Shown here: positions 1-8,271 of the stretch, in pieces
How positions within the stretch are numbered: position 1 is the first letter of the stretch
Layout: every line of letters begins with the position of its first letter
IMG/VR virus record: IMGVR_UViG_3300035703_000184
Location: 1-40,595 of that record
Strand: one strand, 5' to 3'
Length of the DNA: 40,595 nt
Source: a virus
Taxonomy: Duplodnaviria; Caudoviricetes
Made by a program: the position numbers and the translations under genes
The notes under the pieces: model-generated
Told to the model about the DNA's origin: nothing
Seen by the model: only the letters and a program-made list of their open reading frames with translations
Databases searched by the model: none

Positions 1-182
1 ATGTTATAGGTGTATCTTTCATTGGCACAACCGCACGTAAGTTTATGGTTGGTGCATCTGGAGTATGGGTTGAGCATGCAACCGAACTTGCTACATCTGG
101 AACTATTAGTTCTGGCTGGGTTCGTTGGGGTACTGCAGAAAATAAACAACCAGTATCTCTCGCTGTAAGAACAGATGGAACT
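1..182. repeat. Terminal overlap, copy 1 (circularisation repeat)
   Basis: Identical to 40414-40595 except C55 vs T40468; lies inside a continuous tail ORF. Confidence 0.95.
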
Positions 183-683
183 GGTGGAACCATTGGTTTC
201 TCTGTTGCAGACCAGGATGGAAATACTTCTGCAATTGAATCTATCCCACTTGGTGGGTCAACTGACTTCCAACTTTCTGCAAGCTTGCAACCAGCAGACC
301 ACTTTGAAATTACTTTAACTTTAACTAGAAGCACCAGCAATGCAACCGTTGGTCCGACAGTAGAAGAATGGCAGTGTCGTGCTCTACCAGCACCACTTCG
401 TTCTCGTACAATTACAGTTCCATTACTATGCTACGAAGAGGAGCGCGATTCCAATGGAGTTACAAGAGTATCCAACCCATGGGAACGCATTAACTATTTG
501 GAACGCATTGAACAAAATGGAGGCGCGGTACTATTCCAAGACTTTTCTTCGGGAGAAGAACGAGTCTGTACAATCCGTGCTATCCAATTTGAGCAGACTG
601 CTCCACCCTCATTCGCAGCAGGATTCGGTGGAATCGTGACTGTTCAATTGCAGACAATTGATACAGAAGTTCCAATTCAATAG
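1..683 (+). CDS. 3' part of putative tail structural protein (continues 39183-40413; about 637 aa when joined)
   Basis: In frame with GTG at 39183 across the overlap; beta-rich sequence. Confidence 0.75.
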   Translation, partial: VIGVSFIGTTARKFMVGASGVWVEHATELATSGTISSGWVRWGTAENKQPVSLAVRTDGTGGTIGFSVADQDGNTSAIESIPLGGSTDFQLSASLQPADHFEITLTLTRSTSNATVGPTVEEWQCRALPAPLRSRTITVPLLCYEEERDSNGVTRVSNPWERINYLERIEQNGGAVLFQDFSSGEERVCTIRAIQFEQTAPPSFAAGFGGIVTVQLQTIDTEVPIQ

Positions 684-901
684 TGGAACAGAACAAACTA
701 ATATCCCTGGTTAGTCCAGGTGAGCGCCACCCATTGGTAGAGAAAGTCCGAGTGGCGCTGAATATAGCTGGAGATGATGTGCTAGATGCTCCCCTGGCTG
801 AAGTGCTTAAGGGTTTGCAGCATACGCTTTCCATTCCAGCAGTCGGGTGCATCAACTTAGCCACGCTGGATGCGCTCGCAGTTGCTCCGCCTGAATGGTA
901 G
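683..901 (+). CDS. Stand-alone peptidoglycan-binding (PG_binding_1-like) domain protein
   Basis: G..HPLV..V...L....D......E.LK.LQ....I.AVG.I...T..AL pattern resembles the three-helix PGBD; start overlaps the upstream stop. Confidence 0.55.
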   Translation: MEQNKLISLVSPGERHPLVEKVRVALNIAGDDVLDAPLAEVLKGLQHTLSIPAVGCINLATLDALAVAPPEW

Positions 902-915
902 GGAGCCAAAGAGAT

Positions 916-952
916 AGGGGGAACCATAACGGTTCCCCCTTCTTTTTGTTTT
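916..952 (+). terminator. Rho-independent terminator ending the late block
   Basis: AGGGGGAACC-ATAAC-GGTTCCCCCT followed by TCTTTTTGTTTTT. Confidence 0.9.
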
Positions 953-1287
953 TAATCTGCTGATTTATCCCCATCAACTATTCGATGAGCCCAATCTAAT
1001 CCTGCATTCCATCCCTCCCAGTATCGCTTGTCTGGTAGACAAGCCCTGGAGTTGGGGTCCATCTTTGCGTAGTCAATCTTCTTGTGGAACCTTGCTATGT
1101 AATGTCCGTGGAGTTCATTGAACCTTGGATAGAATTCATCCCATGTCTTATTCTTTTCACGGCTCGCCCTGAGGCGAGCCTTTCCCGCCCTCCACCCCTC
1201 AAACTTATCACGGATTTGGTTAAAAAACAAACGGCGTGTCGGACCCGATTTGTCCGACTTGGAGAATACACTATGCATATGAATCAA
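952..1287 (-). CDS. Hypothetical protein; start uncertain
   Basis: 3' half (DEFYPRF...YWEGWNAGLDWAHRIV) looks protein-like; 5' half runs through the promoter region. Confidence 0.35.
   Translation of the reverse strand: MIHMHSVFSKSDKSGPTRRLFFNQIRDKFEGWRAGKARLRASREKNKTWDEFYPRFNELHGHYIARFHKKIDYAKMDPNSRACLPDKRYWEGWNAGLDWAHRIVDGDKSAD
1231..1279 (+). promoter_or_regulatory. Putative promoter of replication block, probably leaderless
   Basis: ACGGCGTGTC at 1231-1240; inverted repeat GTCGGAC/GTCCGAC; TACACT (TANNNT) at 1267-1272, ending 7 nt before ATG 1279. Confidence 0.5.
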
Positions 1288-1473
1288 CTACCCCCACATC
1301 GTTCCTACAGTCAGCTTTCTACTTGGCAATCCTGCCCGCAGAAATACTACCTCAGCAAAGTCGCAATGGTCCCAGAGAAACCAGCTGTTTATTTGGCTGC
1401 TGGCTCAGCAGTCCACTCGATGCTGGAATGGTTGAACCATGAGTTCTACAGAACCGAACAAGAATCTAATTGA
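1279..1473 (+). CDS. Cas4/AddB-like PD-(D/E)XK exonuclease, N-terminal fragment
   Basis: RSYSQLSTWQSCPQKYYL...GSAVH..LE is the typical N-terminus, with the first Fe-S cysteine. Confidence 0.8.
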   Translation: MNQLPPHRSYSQLSTWQSCPQKYYLSKVAMVPEKPAVYLAAGSAVHSMLEWLNHEFYRTEQESN

Positions 1474-1669
1474 CCAGCGGGGGATACCTAGCAATGAGTG
1501 TATCAACTGTGGCTCCAACATACAGATTATCCGTGCCATCTTCCAAGACTATGAGCTTGTTATGTGGTTTACTGATTCCTTCTGTGCGACCTGTGGGTCG
1601 CCGATGACTACCCCAACCCCCATAGATAACCCAGACTACACTCCGAAGGATGATGATGAGTTTAACTGA
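1439..1669 (+). CDS. Small zinc-ribbon protein
   Basis: CINC...CATC; overlaps both nuclease fragments in a third frame. Confidence 0.75.
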   Translation: MSSTEPNKNLIDQRGIPSNECINCGSNIQIIRAIFQDYELVMWFTDSFCATCGSPMTTPTPIDNPDYTPKDDDEFN

Positions 1670-2324
1670 AAAATGGCTTGAAGTATTTAATGAATCTGTT
1701 AGAGTTACCGAAGAACAAACAGGTATTCCTAGTTCTGATTGGAAGACTGCAGGTCGTAAGACCGCAGCTCGCCCAGATGGGGAAGACCTAGCGTTCTGGC
1801 AGAGCGATGGACTCAAGCAGGTTGAGGCTTACCAGAAGTGGTATGCTCAGTCTGGGTGGAAAATCGCCACTCTGCCCGATGGTCGTCCTGGCATCGAATG
1901 GGATGCAAGTGTGCATTTCGGAGGCACACCTGTACGCTTTGTCGTTGATGTCATTTACCAAGTGGGGGAAGACTTAGTAATAGTCGACTTCAAGACAGGT
2001 GCTAGGACACCATTCGGTATGATTCAAGCTGGCTTGTATGCCAGCGGTATTGAAAAGATATACGGCATTCGCCCAAAGTTCGGGGCATTCTTTATGACAA
2101 GACAAGGTCAGCTTGATGACCTGTTTGAATTGTCACATCTGAGTATTGATTATTTTGATTATGTATTTGGCGCAATGAATGACTCCGTGTCTAAAGGTTG
2201 GTTCCCACCATCGGTTGGAGAAAACTGTAAGATGTGTTCGTTCCAAGAGAAGTGTCCAGCAATGGGCTCAAAAGATTTCCCTCTGCAAATACCTACAACA
2301 AAGGGGAAGGAAAGGAAAAAGTAG
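1656..2324 (+). CDS. Cas4/AddB-like PD-(D/E)XK exonuclease, catalytic C-terminal fragment
   Basis: E...VD...IVDFKTG, QAGLY, CKMCSFQEKC; GAAGGA RBS; alternative ATGs at 1650 and 1653. Confidence 0.85.
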   Translation: MSLTEKWLEVFNESVRVTEEQTGIPSSDWKTAGRKTAARPDGEDLAFWQSDGLKQVEAYQKWYAQSGWKIATLPDGRPGIEWDASVHFGGTPVRFVVDVIYQVGEDLVIVDFKTGARTPFGMIQAGLYASGIEKIYGIRPKFGAFFMTRQGQLDDLFELSHLSIDYFDYVFGAMNDSVSKGWFPPSVGENCKMCSFQEKCPAMGSKDFPLQIPTTKGKERKK

Positions 2325-2789
2325 ATGACTGAGTCTACGTTTTCATATACTGGCAAGCTAAATGGGCAGGACTTGTTTACCGTCCGAGGTAACAGTGTTG
2401 CCGAATTCAAAGCAAATCTAATCGCTGCAGTTGAGGCAATCAATGAAGCACAAGGTTTGCAATCAATGTTGGTTAATCGACCAACAGGTAACGCATACGC
2501 ACCTAACATGGAGCAGGCTATCCAGGCTCTCCAAGATGCTGGCATGAATCCTCAGCCAGTGTCATCATCACCTCAATCAATTGAGGTAGTCAAAGACAAG
2601 TACGGCAATGAGTGGACATACGGACACCCAGATGCCCCAGACCTACCAGATGGACGTGGCAAGTACGCCAAGAAGAAGGGCGTATCCAAAGCTGGTAAGG
2701 CTTACGTTGGTTGGTTTGACCCAGCCAAGGGACCAAAGCCATTTAAGCCAGGTGTTGCTGAAGCAGAAACAATCTGGACTAAAGGCTAA
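2325..2789 (+). CDS. Replication-block hypothetical protein, possibly DNA-binding/annealing
   Basis: Lies between exonuclease and helicase; C-terminal KKGVSKAGKAYVGWF motif. Confidence 0.6.
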   Translation: MTESTFSYTGKLNGQDLFTVRGNSVAEFKANLIAAVEAINEAQGLQSMLVNRPTGNAYAPNMEQAIQALQDAGMNPQPVSSSPQSIEVVKDKYGNEWTYGHPDAPDLPDGRGKYAKKKGVSKAGKAYVGWFDPAKGPKPFKPGVAEAETIWTKG

Positions 2790-2791
2790 CA

Positions 2792-3625
2792 ATGCGTTCA
2801 CTACTACAAGTAGTCGGTGTGGAGTCACCTGCTGGTAAGCAATTACCAGAGGTGCTTCCTGCTCTTACCGCAAGTCAAGTTGCCTTCCGTCAGGCTCAAT
2901 TGCATTTGATTGCAGGACAGCCAGGTGGCGGTAAGACACTGATTGCATTGTGGTACGCCATCGCCTCCAAAGTTCCAGCGTTATATATCTCAGCGGACTC
3001 TGATTCAAGAACAATAGCGACTCGTGCAGGCGCAATCATTATGGACAGAGAAGTGTCTGACGTTGAGAGAATCATGGATACTGAAGCCAGTGTTCTTCTT
3101 GAAGATGCATTGGCTGAAGGTGCAGGACATGTTCGGTTTGCCTTCGACCCAGCACCCTCGTTACAAGACATCGAGGAAGAAATCGAAGCGTGGATTGAAC
3201 TGCACGGTGCTGCACCTGTGGCGGTGTATGTTGACAACTTAATGAACGTCGCTTCATCAAGCGACAACGAGTGGACTGCATTGCGTGATGCAATGTCAGC
3301 GTTCCACTACATGGCTCGTGAATACGAAACTGCCTTCATCGTTCTTCACCATGTGTCGGAGAATGAGAAGATGTCTAAGCCAAACTACCCAGCGCCACGC
3401 AAGGCTCTGATGGGCAAGGTTGCAGCCCTACCAGAACTCGTCTTATCCGTGGCGCTGGATAGCGCAGCTAATGTTTATCGTGTGGCTGTCGTGAAGAATC
3501 GCCACGGTAAAGCTGACCCTAACGCTGAAGAGTACATAACGCTAGCAGCAGAAGCTAGCAAGATGACTCTGTATAACTCATCGACAGAATTGTTTAGAGC
3601 AAGGACGATGAGCCAATGGAAGTAA
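2792..3625 (+). CDS. DnaB-like replicative helicase (ATPase domain)
   Basis: Walker A AGQPGGGKT, YISAD, VDNL, VLHH, VVKNRHG. Confidence 0.88.
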   Translation: MRSLLQVVGVESPAGKQLPEVLPALTASQVAFRQAQLHLIAGQPGGGKTLIALWYAIASKVPALYISADSDSRTIATRAGAIIMDREVSDVERIMDTEASVLLEDALAEGAGHVRFAFDPAPSLQDIEEEIEAWIELHGAAPVAVYVDNLMNVASSSDNEWTALRDAMSAFHYMAREYETAFIVLHHVSENEKMSKPNYPAPRKALMGKVAALPELVLSVALDSAANVYRVAVVKNRHGKADPNAEEYITLAAEASKMTLYNSSTELFRARTMSQWK

Positions 3626-4044
3626 CTAAATCAAGTTTCGATTTAGATTTCTCATATGGTCGTGAAGGTGAGAAACTAGTTGAACAACTTCTAACTAATG
3701 GTAAAACTGTTGAAGTAAAACGTGACCGCAAATGGCATAAGACAAACAATGTTTACATTGAAGTTGAGTGCTGGTATCTTAAATCCCAATCGTGGGAACC
3801 ATCTGGTTTATCAGTAACGCAAGCTGATTACTGGGCATTCGTCTTAGAAGAAGGCGTGATTATGGTTCCGACAGATTACGTAAGATATGTAGTCAAGAAC
3901 TGGGGTCATGAGATTACTTGTGAGATTCCCCCGAACCGAAGTAAAGGTTACTTGGTTACTATAGAAAACTTATTGTCCGCAATGAAGTTACTACGAAAGG
4001 GAAGTGCAGATGAAATTTCCAGACTTGACCAGGGGGTTGTGTAG
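3616..4044 (+). CDS. Putative PD-(D/E)XK-superfamily nuclease
   Basis: G.EGE...TVEVKRD...NVYIE...SGL..TQADYW. Confidence 0.6.
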   Translation: MEVTKSSFDLDFSYGREGEKLVEQLLTNGKTVEVKRDRKWHKTNNVYIEVECWYLKSQSWEPSGLSVTQADYWAFVLEEGVIMVPTDYVRYVVKNWGHEITCEIPPNRSKGYLVTIENLLSAMKLLRKGSADEISRLDQGVV

Positions 4045-4276
4045 AGAGATTGGTATTGAGTTCTTCTTTCCAGAAGAAGGAGGAAGTGGTACTGATATAT
4101 ATACATACTCACGCAAGATATGTGGCAAGTGCGTGGTTAAGAATGAATGTCTGGAATGGGCTATAAGACATGAGGCTTATGGCATGTGGGGCGGGACAAC
4201 CCCAATGGAGCGCAAGAAGATTAGGCGCAATAGAAATATAATTATTCAAGAGATACTAGTAAAGGATTATGTATGA
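4010..4276 (+). CDS. whiB: WhiB-family Fe-S transcription factor
   Basis: C...FFFP...CGKC-x5-C, GMWGG, basic C-terminus. Confidence 0.93.
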   Translation: MKFPDLTRGLCREIGIEFFFPEEGGSGTDIYTYSRKICGKCVVKNECLEWAIRHEAYGMWGGTTPMERKKIRRNRNIIIQEILVKDYV

Positions 4277-4422
4277 AAGCTTTTAATTCAGTAGAGATTA
4301 GAGTCAGCAAGTTATGGCTACATTTTGGATACAGCTTTAGTAGATTTGCAGTTGGTATTTGTATTGATAGATGGTCTGCAAACATAGACCTTGGACCATT
4401 CTGGATTTCGATTGAGTACTAA
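4273..4422 (+). CDS. Small hypothetical protein (49 aa), not in the ORF track
   Basis: MKAFNSVEIRVSKLWLHFGYSF...WISIEY; ATGA and TAATG overlaps with neighbours. Confidence 0.65.
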   Translation: MKAFNSVEIRVSKLWLHFGYSFSRFAVGICIDRWSANIDLGPFWISIEY

Positions 4423-4775
4423 TGACTACACCATCCAAACGCAAAGGCTCACAGTACGAACGTGACGTAGTCAAATGGCTCATCAGCATGGGCTACCCAT
4501 GTGCTGAACGAGCTTACGGTGCTGGTCGCCATGATGATGTGGGTGACATTGATGGTATCGATGGTGTTGTTATAGAATGCAAGAATGAAAAACGCATCAA
4601 CATCCCTGGTTATCTAAAAGAACTTGAGGATGAGATGATTCATGCGGATGCGGAAACAGGAGTTGTGCTAATAAAAAAGCGTGGCACATCTAATATCTCA
4701 GAGTCGTATGCAGTAATGCCTGCGGAACTCTGGGTGAATCTGCTAAAACAGGCAGGTTACAATGGACATCAGTGA
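4422..4775 (+). CDS. Hjc-type Holliday junction resolvase
   Basis: KGSQYER...GD(I)...VVIECKN. Confidence 0.8.
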   Translation: MTTPSKRKGSQYERDVVKWLISMGYPCAERAYGAGRHDDVGDIDGIDGVVIECKNEKRINIPGYLKELEDEMIHADAETGVVLIKKRGTSNISESYAVMPAELWVNLLKQAGYNGHQ

Positions 4776-4813
4776 AGCTGTGACAGAGTTTCACAAAATG
4801 AAAAGAGGTAACT

Positions 4814-5194
4814 ATGCGGTTAGTGCTAGTGACTATACTTGGAATGATGCTGCCAATAGCAGCACCAGCCCAAGCGTTATCGCCAGAACTTACATTCGAG
4901 AAGAAGTTGTCCGTAGTCACGGACAAAAAGGAACGAGTGGAGTTAGCGTTAACACAGGTCACAACCAACAAACGCGAGGCTCAGTGTGCGATTCGCATTG
5001 CATACAAGGAGAGCCGATACAACGTGGACTCCCTCAACAAGTCGAGTGGAGCACGTGGAGTATGGCAATTACTCTGGGCAAAACCAGGGTGGTCATTACT
5101 CAAACAAACAGAAGAAGCACACAAGTATGTGCTACATCGATACGACACTTGGTGCGAAGCGTACAGGTTTCACCAGGAAAGGAATTGGTATTAG
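4814..5194 (+). CDS. Secreted lytic transglycosylase (SLT-like)
   Basis: Signal peptide ending AQA; KESRYN, SSGARGVWQ, Y..HRY..WC.A..F....NWY. Confidence 0.82.
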   Translation: MRLVLVTILGMMLPIAAPAQALSPELTFEKKLSVVTDKKERVELALTQVTTNKREAQCAIRIAYKESRYNVDSLNKSSGARGVWQLLWAKPGWSLLKQTEEAHKYVLHRYDTWCEAYRFHQERNWY

Positions 5195-5197
5195 GTC

Positions 5198-5527
5198 ATG
5201 AACCAACCCGAATTTCTTGAAGCAGTCTTTCGTCATTACGGATTAGACCTACCGCTAGGTGGGGACAAATCCATCTTTTGTCCTGTACATGATGACTCAC
5301 ATAAGTCTGCTTCGGTTAATTCGGAGAAGGGTGTCTGGGTATGTTATGCATGCAGCGGACGTGGCGCTGGTATACAGATTGTCATGGCTCGTGAAAACTT
5401 AACATACTCAGACGCTCGTAAATGGGCAGAGAAGAACATAGGTAAGGAGTCGAAGAGCGCAGCTCCGACACGTGGACGCAAGTCCAGTAGTCGTTGGACT
5501 CCACCTAGATTGCGGTCAGTTAGATGA
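5198..5527 (+). CDS. DNA primase CHC2 zinc-binding domain (split primase, part 1)
   Basis: CPVHDDSHKSASVN...WVCYAC. Confidence 0.9.
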   Translation: MNQPEFLEAVFRHYGLDLPLGGDKSIFCPVHDDSHKSASVNSEKGVWVCYACSGRGAGIQIVMARENLTYSDARKWAEKNIGKESKSAAPTRGRKSSSRWTPPRLRSVR

Positions 5528-6057
5528 CAACAATTATTGGCATCCAAGAACCAGACGGCTGCTTGATTGCAGCCGACAGTAGAACCACAACTGAGAAGGG
5601 TCGCCCTTACTCGCATCCAATCGTAACTAAGATTACTAAACGCGGTAAGTTTCTAATCGCTGGTGCTGGCACAACTCAGCCATGTGACATTGTCCAACAC
5701 ATATGGAAACCACCAGCCATACCAGCTAATACAAAAGACACCTACCACTTTATGATTACAACTGTCATCCCAAGTATGCGTGAATGCTTACGTGATAACG
5801 GATTCGTTCATGATGAGAAGACAGATGAATATGAATTTTTATTTTTAATGGCTGTGAACGGAACCATCTATGAGGTAGATGATACGTACTCAGTCTTCCT
5901 ACGCGATGATGGCATCTATGGCTTAGGTTCTGGGTCTTCCTACGCCATAGGTGCTATCGCATCTGGTGCTAACTGGAAGAAAGCGTTGCAGATTGCAGCG
6001 AAGAATGATGTGTATACTGCTCCTCCTTTCGTAGTGCATAGGCAGGAAAAGAAATGA
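5524..6057 (+). CDS. Ntn-hydrolase, HslV/proteasome beta-like peptidase
   Basis: M-TTIIGI, AADSRTT, TKI, AGAG, GSGSSYAIGA. Confidence 0.85.
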   Translation: MTTIIGIQEPDGCLIAADSRTTTEKGRPYSHPIVTKITKRGKFLIAGAGTTQPCDIVQHIWKPPAIPANTKDTYHFMITTVIPSMRECLRDNGFVHDEKTDEYEFLFLMAVNGTIYEVDDTYSVFLRDDGIYGLGSGSSYAIGAIASGANWKKALQIAAKNDVYTAPPFVVHRQEKK

Positions 6058-6701
6058 AACCAAATCAAAAGCTCATAGACCTTTGGACTAAGGCAGCCAA
6101 CACGTATCACGATTCCCTTGCTGGTTCACCAGCTGAGGCATACCTTGAGAAGCGTGGCATCCTTGACGGAGCCGAACGATTCAAGCTTGGGTATGTGGTT
6201 GACCCAGCACCTGGTCATGAGGACAGGCTGAAGCATCACCTATCCATCCCATACATAACTGAGGCTGGTGTTGTTGGGTTTAAGTTCCGCCGTATAGATG
6301 ACGGTGACCCAAAGTATATGATTCCAACTGGTCAGAAGCACCACCTATATAACGTCAGTGCTATCCTTCATGCTGTCCATGAAGTATTGATTGTAGAAGG
6401 AGAGATTGATGCGATATCTGCTACCCTTGCTGGTCATCCTGCTGTCGCTGTGGCTGGCGTTAATGCTTGGAAGCCTCACTTTAGCCGTTGTTTTGACGGC
6501 ATTGGGCGCGTTGTTATAGCCACCGATAATGATGTTAAAGAAGATGGGTCTAATCCAGGGCAGGAATTAGCCCGCCGTTTATCTGATGCAATACCTCAAG
6601 CCATCCGCGTGTCGCTACCACCTGATAGTGACATCAATAGTATAATTGTCAGCCAAGGAGCTCAAGCGTTAACTAAGTTGATTAACGCACTGGATGAATA
6701 G
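6054..6701 (+). CDS. DNA primase catalytic Toprim part (split primase, part 2)
   Basis: YLEKRGI, FKLGY, IPY, PKY, VEGEIDA, DND. Confidence 0.9.
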   Translation: MKPNQKLIDLWTKAANTYHDSLAGSPAEAYLEKRGILDGAERFKLGYVVDPAPGHEDRLKHHLSIPYITEAGVVGFKFRRIDDGDPKYMIPTGQKHHLYNVSAILHAVHEVLIVEGEIDAISATLAGHPAVAVAGVNAWKPHFSRCFDGIGRVVIATDNDVKEDGSNPGQELARRLSDAIPQAIRVSLPPDSDINSIIVSQGAQALTKLINALDE

Positions 6702-7032
6702 AGGGAGCTCGTTGTCTGAAGATACTACCATCCTGCAATTCGAAGAGGATGCTCAAAAAATCTACGATGAATTGCTTGCGATTCTAGTAAAGAAACAAAT
6801 TGATTACGGTCCATACAACATCTGGCATGCGCCAGGTGGCGCAACCAATGGGCTGATGGTACGCATGTCGGACAAGATAGAGAGATTAAAGAATCTTATC
6901 TATAGTCCTAAGTCAGAGAAACCTAAGAACGAATCTCTTGAAGATTCGTTTGTTGACCTGGCTAACTATGCCATCATCGCACTAATGGTACAGCGTGGAG
7001 TGTGGGCTAAGTATGCCGAGAAACAGAAATAA
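6694..7032 (+). CDS. DUF1599/Nmad1-like alpha-helical protein
   Basis: KKQIDYG...VRMSDKIERL...ESLEDSFVDLANYAIIA; start may be TTG 6712. Confidence 0.75.
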   Translation: MNRGSSLSEDTTILQFEEDAQKIYDELLAILVKKQIDYGPYNIWHAPGGATNGLMVRMSDKIERLKNLIYSPKSEKPKNESLEDSFVDLANYAIIALMVQRGVWAKYAEKQK

Positions 7033-7303
7033 AACTTACGAAGAGCAGCGTATCTCCCGCATCCGTATGTACGGAATCAGCGTGGAAGATTACGAACGTA
7101 TGCTTGAAGAACAAGATGGTGGTTGCCACATCTGTGGCAAGAAGCCAGAAGGCAAGCGAGCTCTTGACATAGACCACGACCATGCAACTGGCAAGGTGCG
7201 TGGCTTGCTTTGTTCCAATCATAATCGTGCTCTTGGTTTACTTAACGATGACATCAAGCTAATGCTTAGGTCTGTCGAATACTTGGTGAAGTCCCTTGAC
7301 TAA
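7013..7303 (+). CDS. Endonuclease VII-family nuclease
   Basis: YGIS..DY..ML..Q.G.CHIC...DHDHATGKVRGLLC..HN..LG. Confidence 0.88.
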   Translation: MPRNRNKTYEEQRISRIRMYGISVEDYERMLEEQDGGCHICGKKPEGKRALDIDHDHATGKVRGLLCSNHNRALGLLNDDIKLMLRSVEYLVKSLD

Positions 7304-7934
7304 CATAGATAAAGACCATGAGATTTGGTCTGCAATCAATGACATAACAAGCACGATTGCTTGGGGTATCTCGAAGAGATATCACAGATTCGTTGAGCTT
7401 GAAGATGTCAAGCAAGCCATGAATGAATATGCGTGGAAGCGTAAGGATAAAGTATCCGAGTACCTAATGCGTGAGGATGAAGTAGAGCGCAAGCAGGGAT
7501 ATAAAGCATTCAGTACGTTCATCCGTAGGGCAGGCGAGCGATACGCTCGCAAGGAGAAAGCTCGTGCGCTTGGCTATGAGCTGGGCGATGAGTACTTCTA
7601 TCGCCTGGCTATGATTGAAACTCTTATCAAGGTGCTTGGTTCTGAGGACGCACAGTTAACTAACCAAGTGATGGACCCAGATATCCATGGCGTAAAAGCT
7701 AAACGTCAGGCTAGTGAAGGCAATAACTTGCTGGCTATGTTGGCTGATGTTGACAGGGCAATGAAGAAGCTTGACTTGCGTACCTACAATATACTTAACT
7801 GTAAGTACTCATGCGATGCATCTCTTGCAGAGATAGCAAAAGAATGGGACATCTCTCCACAAAGAGTGGAGCAGATTATCAACAAGGGACTAAGAGATAT
7901 AACTGAATATCTCGGAGGGGCAACACCATACTAA
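7296..7934 (+). CDS. Sigma-70-like factor / region-4 HTH protein
   Basis: Region 2-like ELEDVKQ; C-terminal SLAEIAKEWDISPQRVEQIINKGL. Confidence 0.7.
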   Translation: MTNIDKDHEIWSAINDITSTIAWGISKRYHRFVELEDVKQAMNEYAWKRKDKVSEYLMREDEVERKQGYKAFSTFIRRAGERYARKEKARALGYELGDEYFYRLAMIETLIKVLGSEDAQLTNQVMDPDIHGVKAKRQASEGNNLLAMLADVDRAMKKLDLRTYNILNCKYSCDASLAEIAKEWDISPQRVEQIINKGLRDITEYLGGATPY

Positions 7935-8101
7935 TGAAGAAGAAACCTTTCTGGAAGACAACCAATCCAAAGAAGACATCAACACCACTAACACCAGAAG
8001 AGAAAGCTCAGGCACGTGCTCGTGCCAAAGCTGCTGGTCGTCCATACCCAAACCTCATAGACAACGCTGCAGTTGCACGAAAGAAAAAGAAGAAGGGCTA
8101 A
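7934..8101 (+). CDS. Small basic protein (55 aa), not in the ORF track
   Basis: MKKKPFW...ARARAKAAGRPYPNLIDN; TAATG overlaps at both ends. Confidence 0.75.
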   Translation: MKKKPFWKTTNPKKTSTPLTPEEKAQARARAKAAGRPYPNLIDNAAVARKKKKKG

Positions 8102-8271
8102 TGCCTACATACGAATACGAATGTAAGAAGTGTCTGCATAGAAAAGAATTCAATGTACGTTTTGAGGTTGGTCCTGACTGCGATAGGTGTTATCGAACCA
8201 TGACACGTGTGTGGACAGCACCAGGTATACAGTTCAAAGGAACTGGATGGGGAGGAAATCACAATGGGTAA
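8101..8271 (+). CDS. FmdB-family zinc-ribbon protein (56 aa), not in the ORF track
   Basis: MPTYEYECKKC...CDRC...FKGTGW. Confidence 0.85.
   Translation: MPTYEYECKKCLHRKEFNVRFEVGPDCDRCYRTMTRVWTAPGIQFKGTGWGGNHNG

Noticed and set aside
1-182. True direct terminal repeat of the virion DNA
   Set aside because: The repeat falls mid-gene and is best explained as assembly overlap.
1473-1656. Intron, intein or ribosomal bypass rejoining the nuclease
   Set aside because: No intron or intein hallmarks, no matching take-off/landing codon, and the downstream part has its own RBS.
4762-5220. 152-aa alternative-frame ORF
   Set aside because: Overlaps the motif-supported transglycosylase and has no recognisable features.
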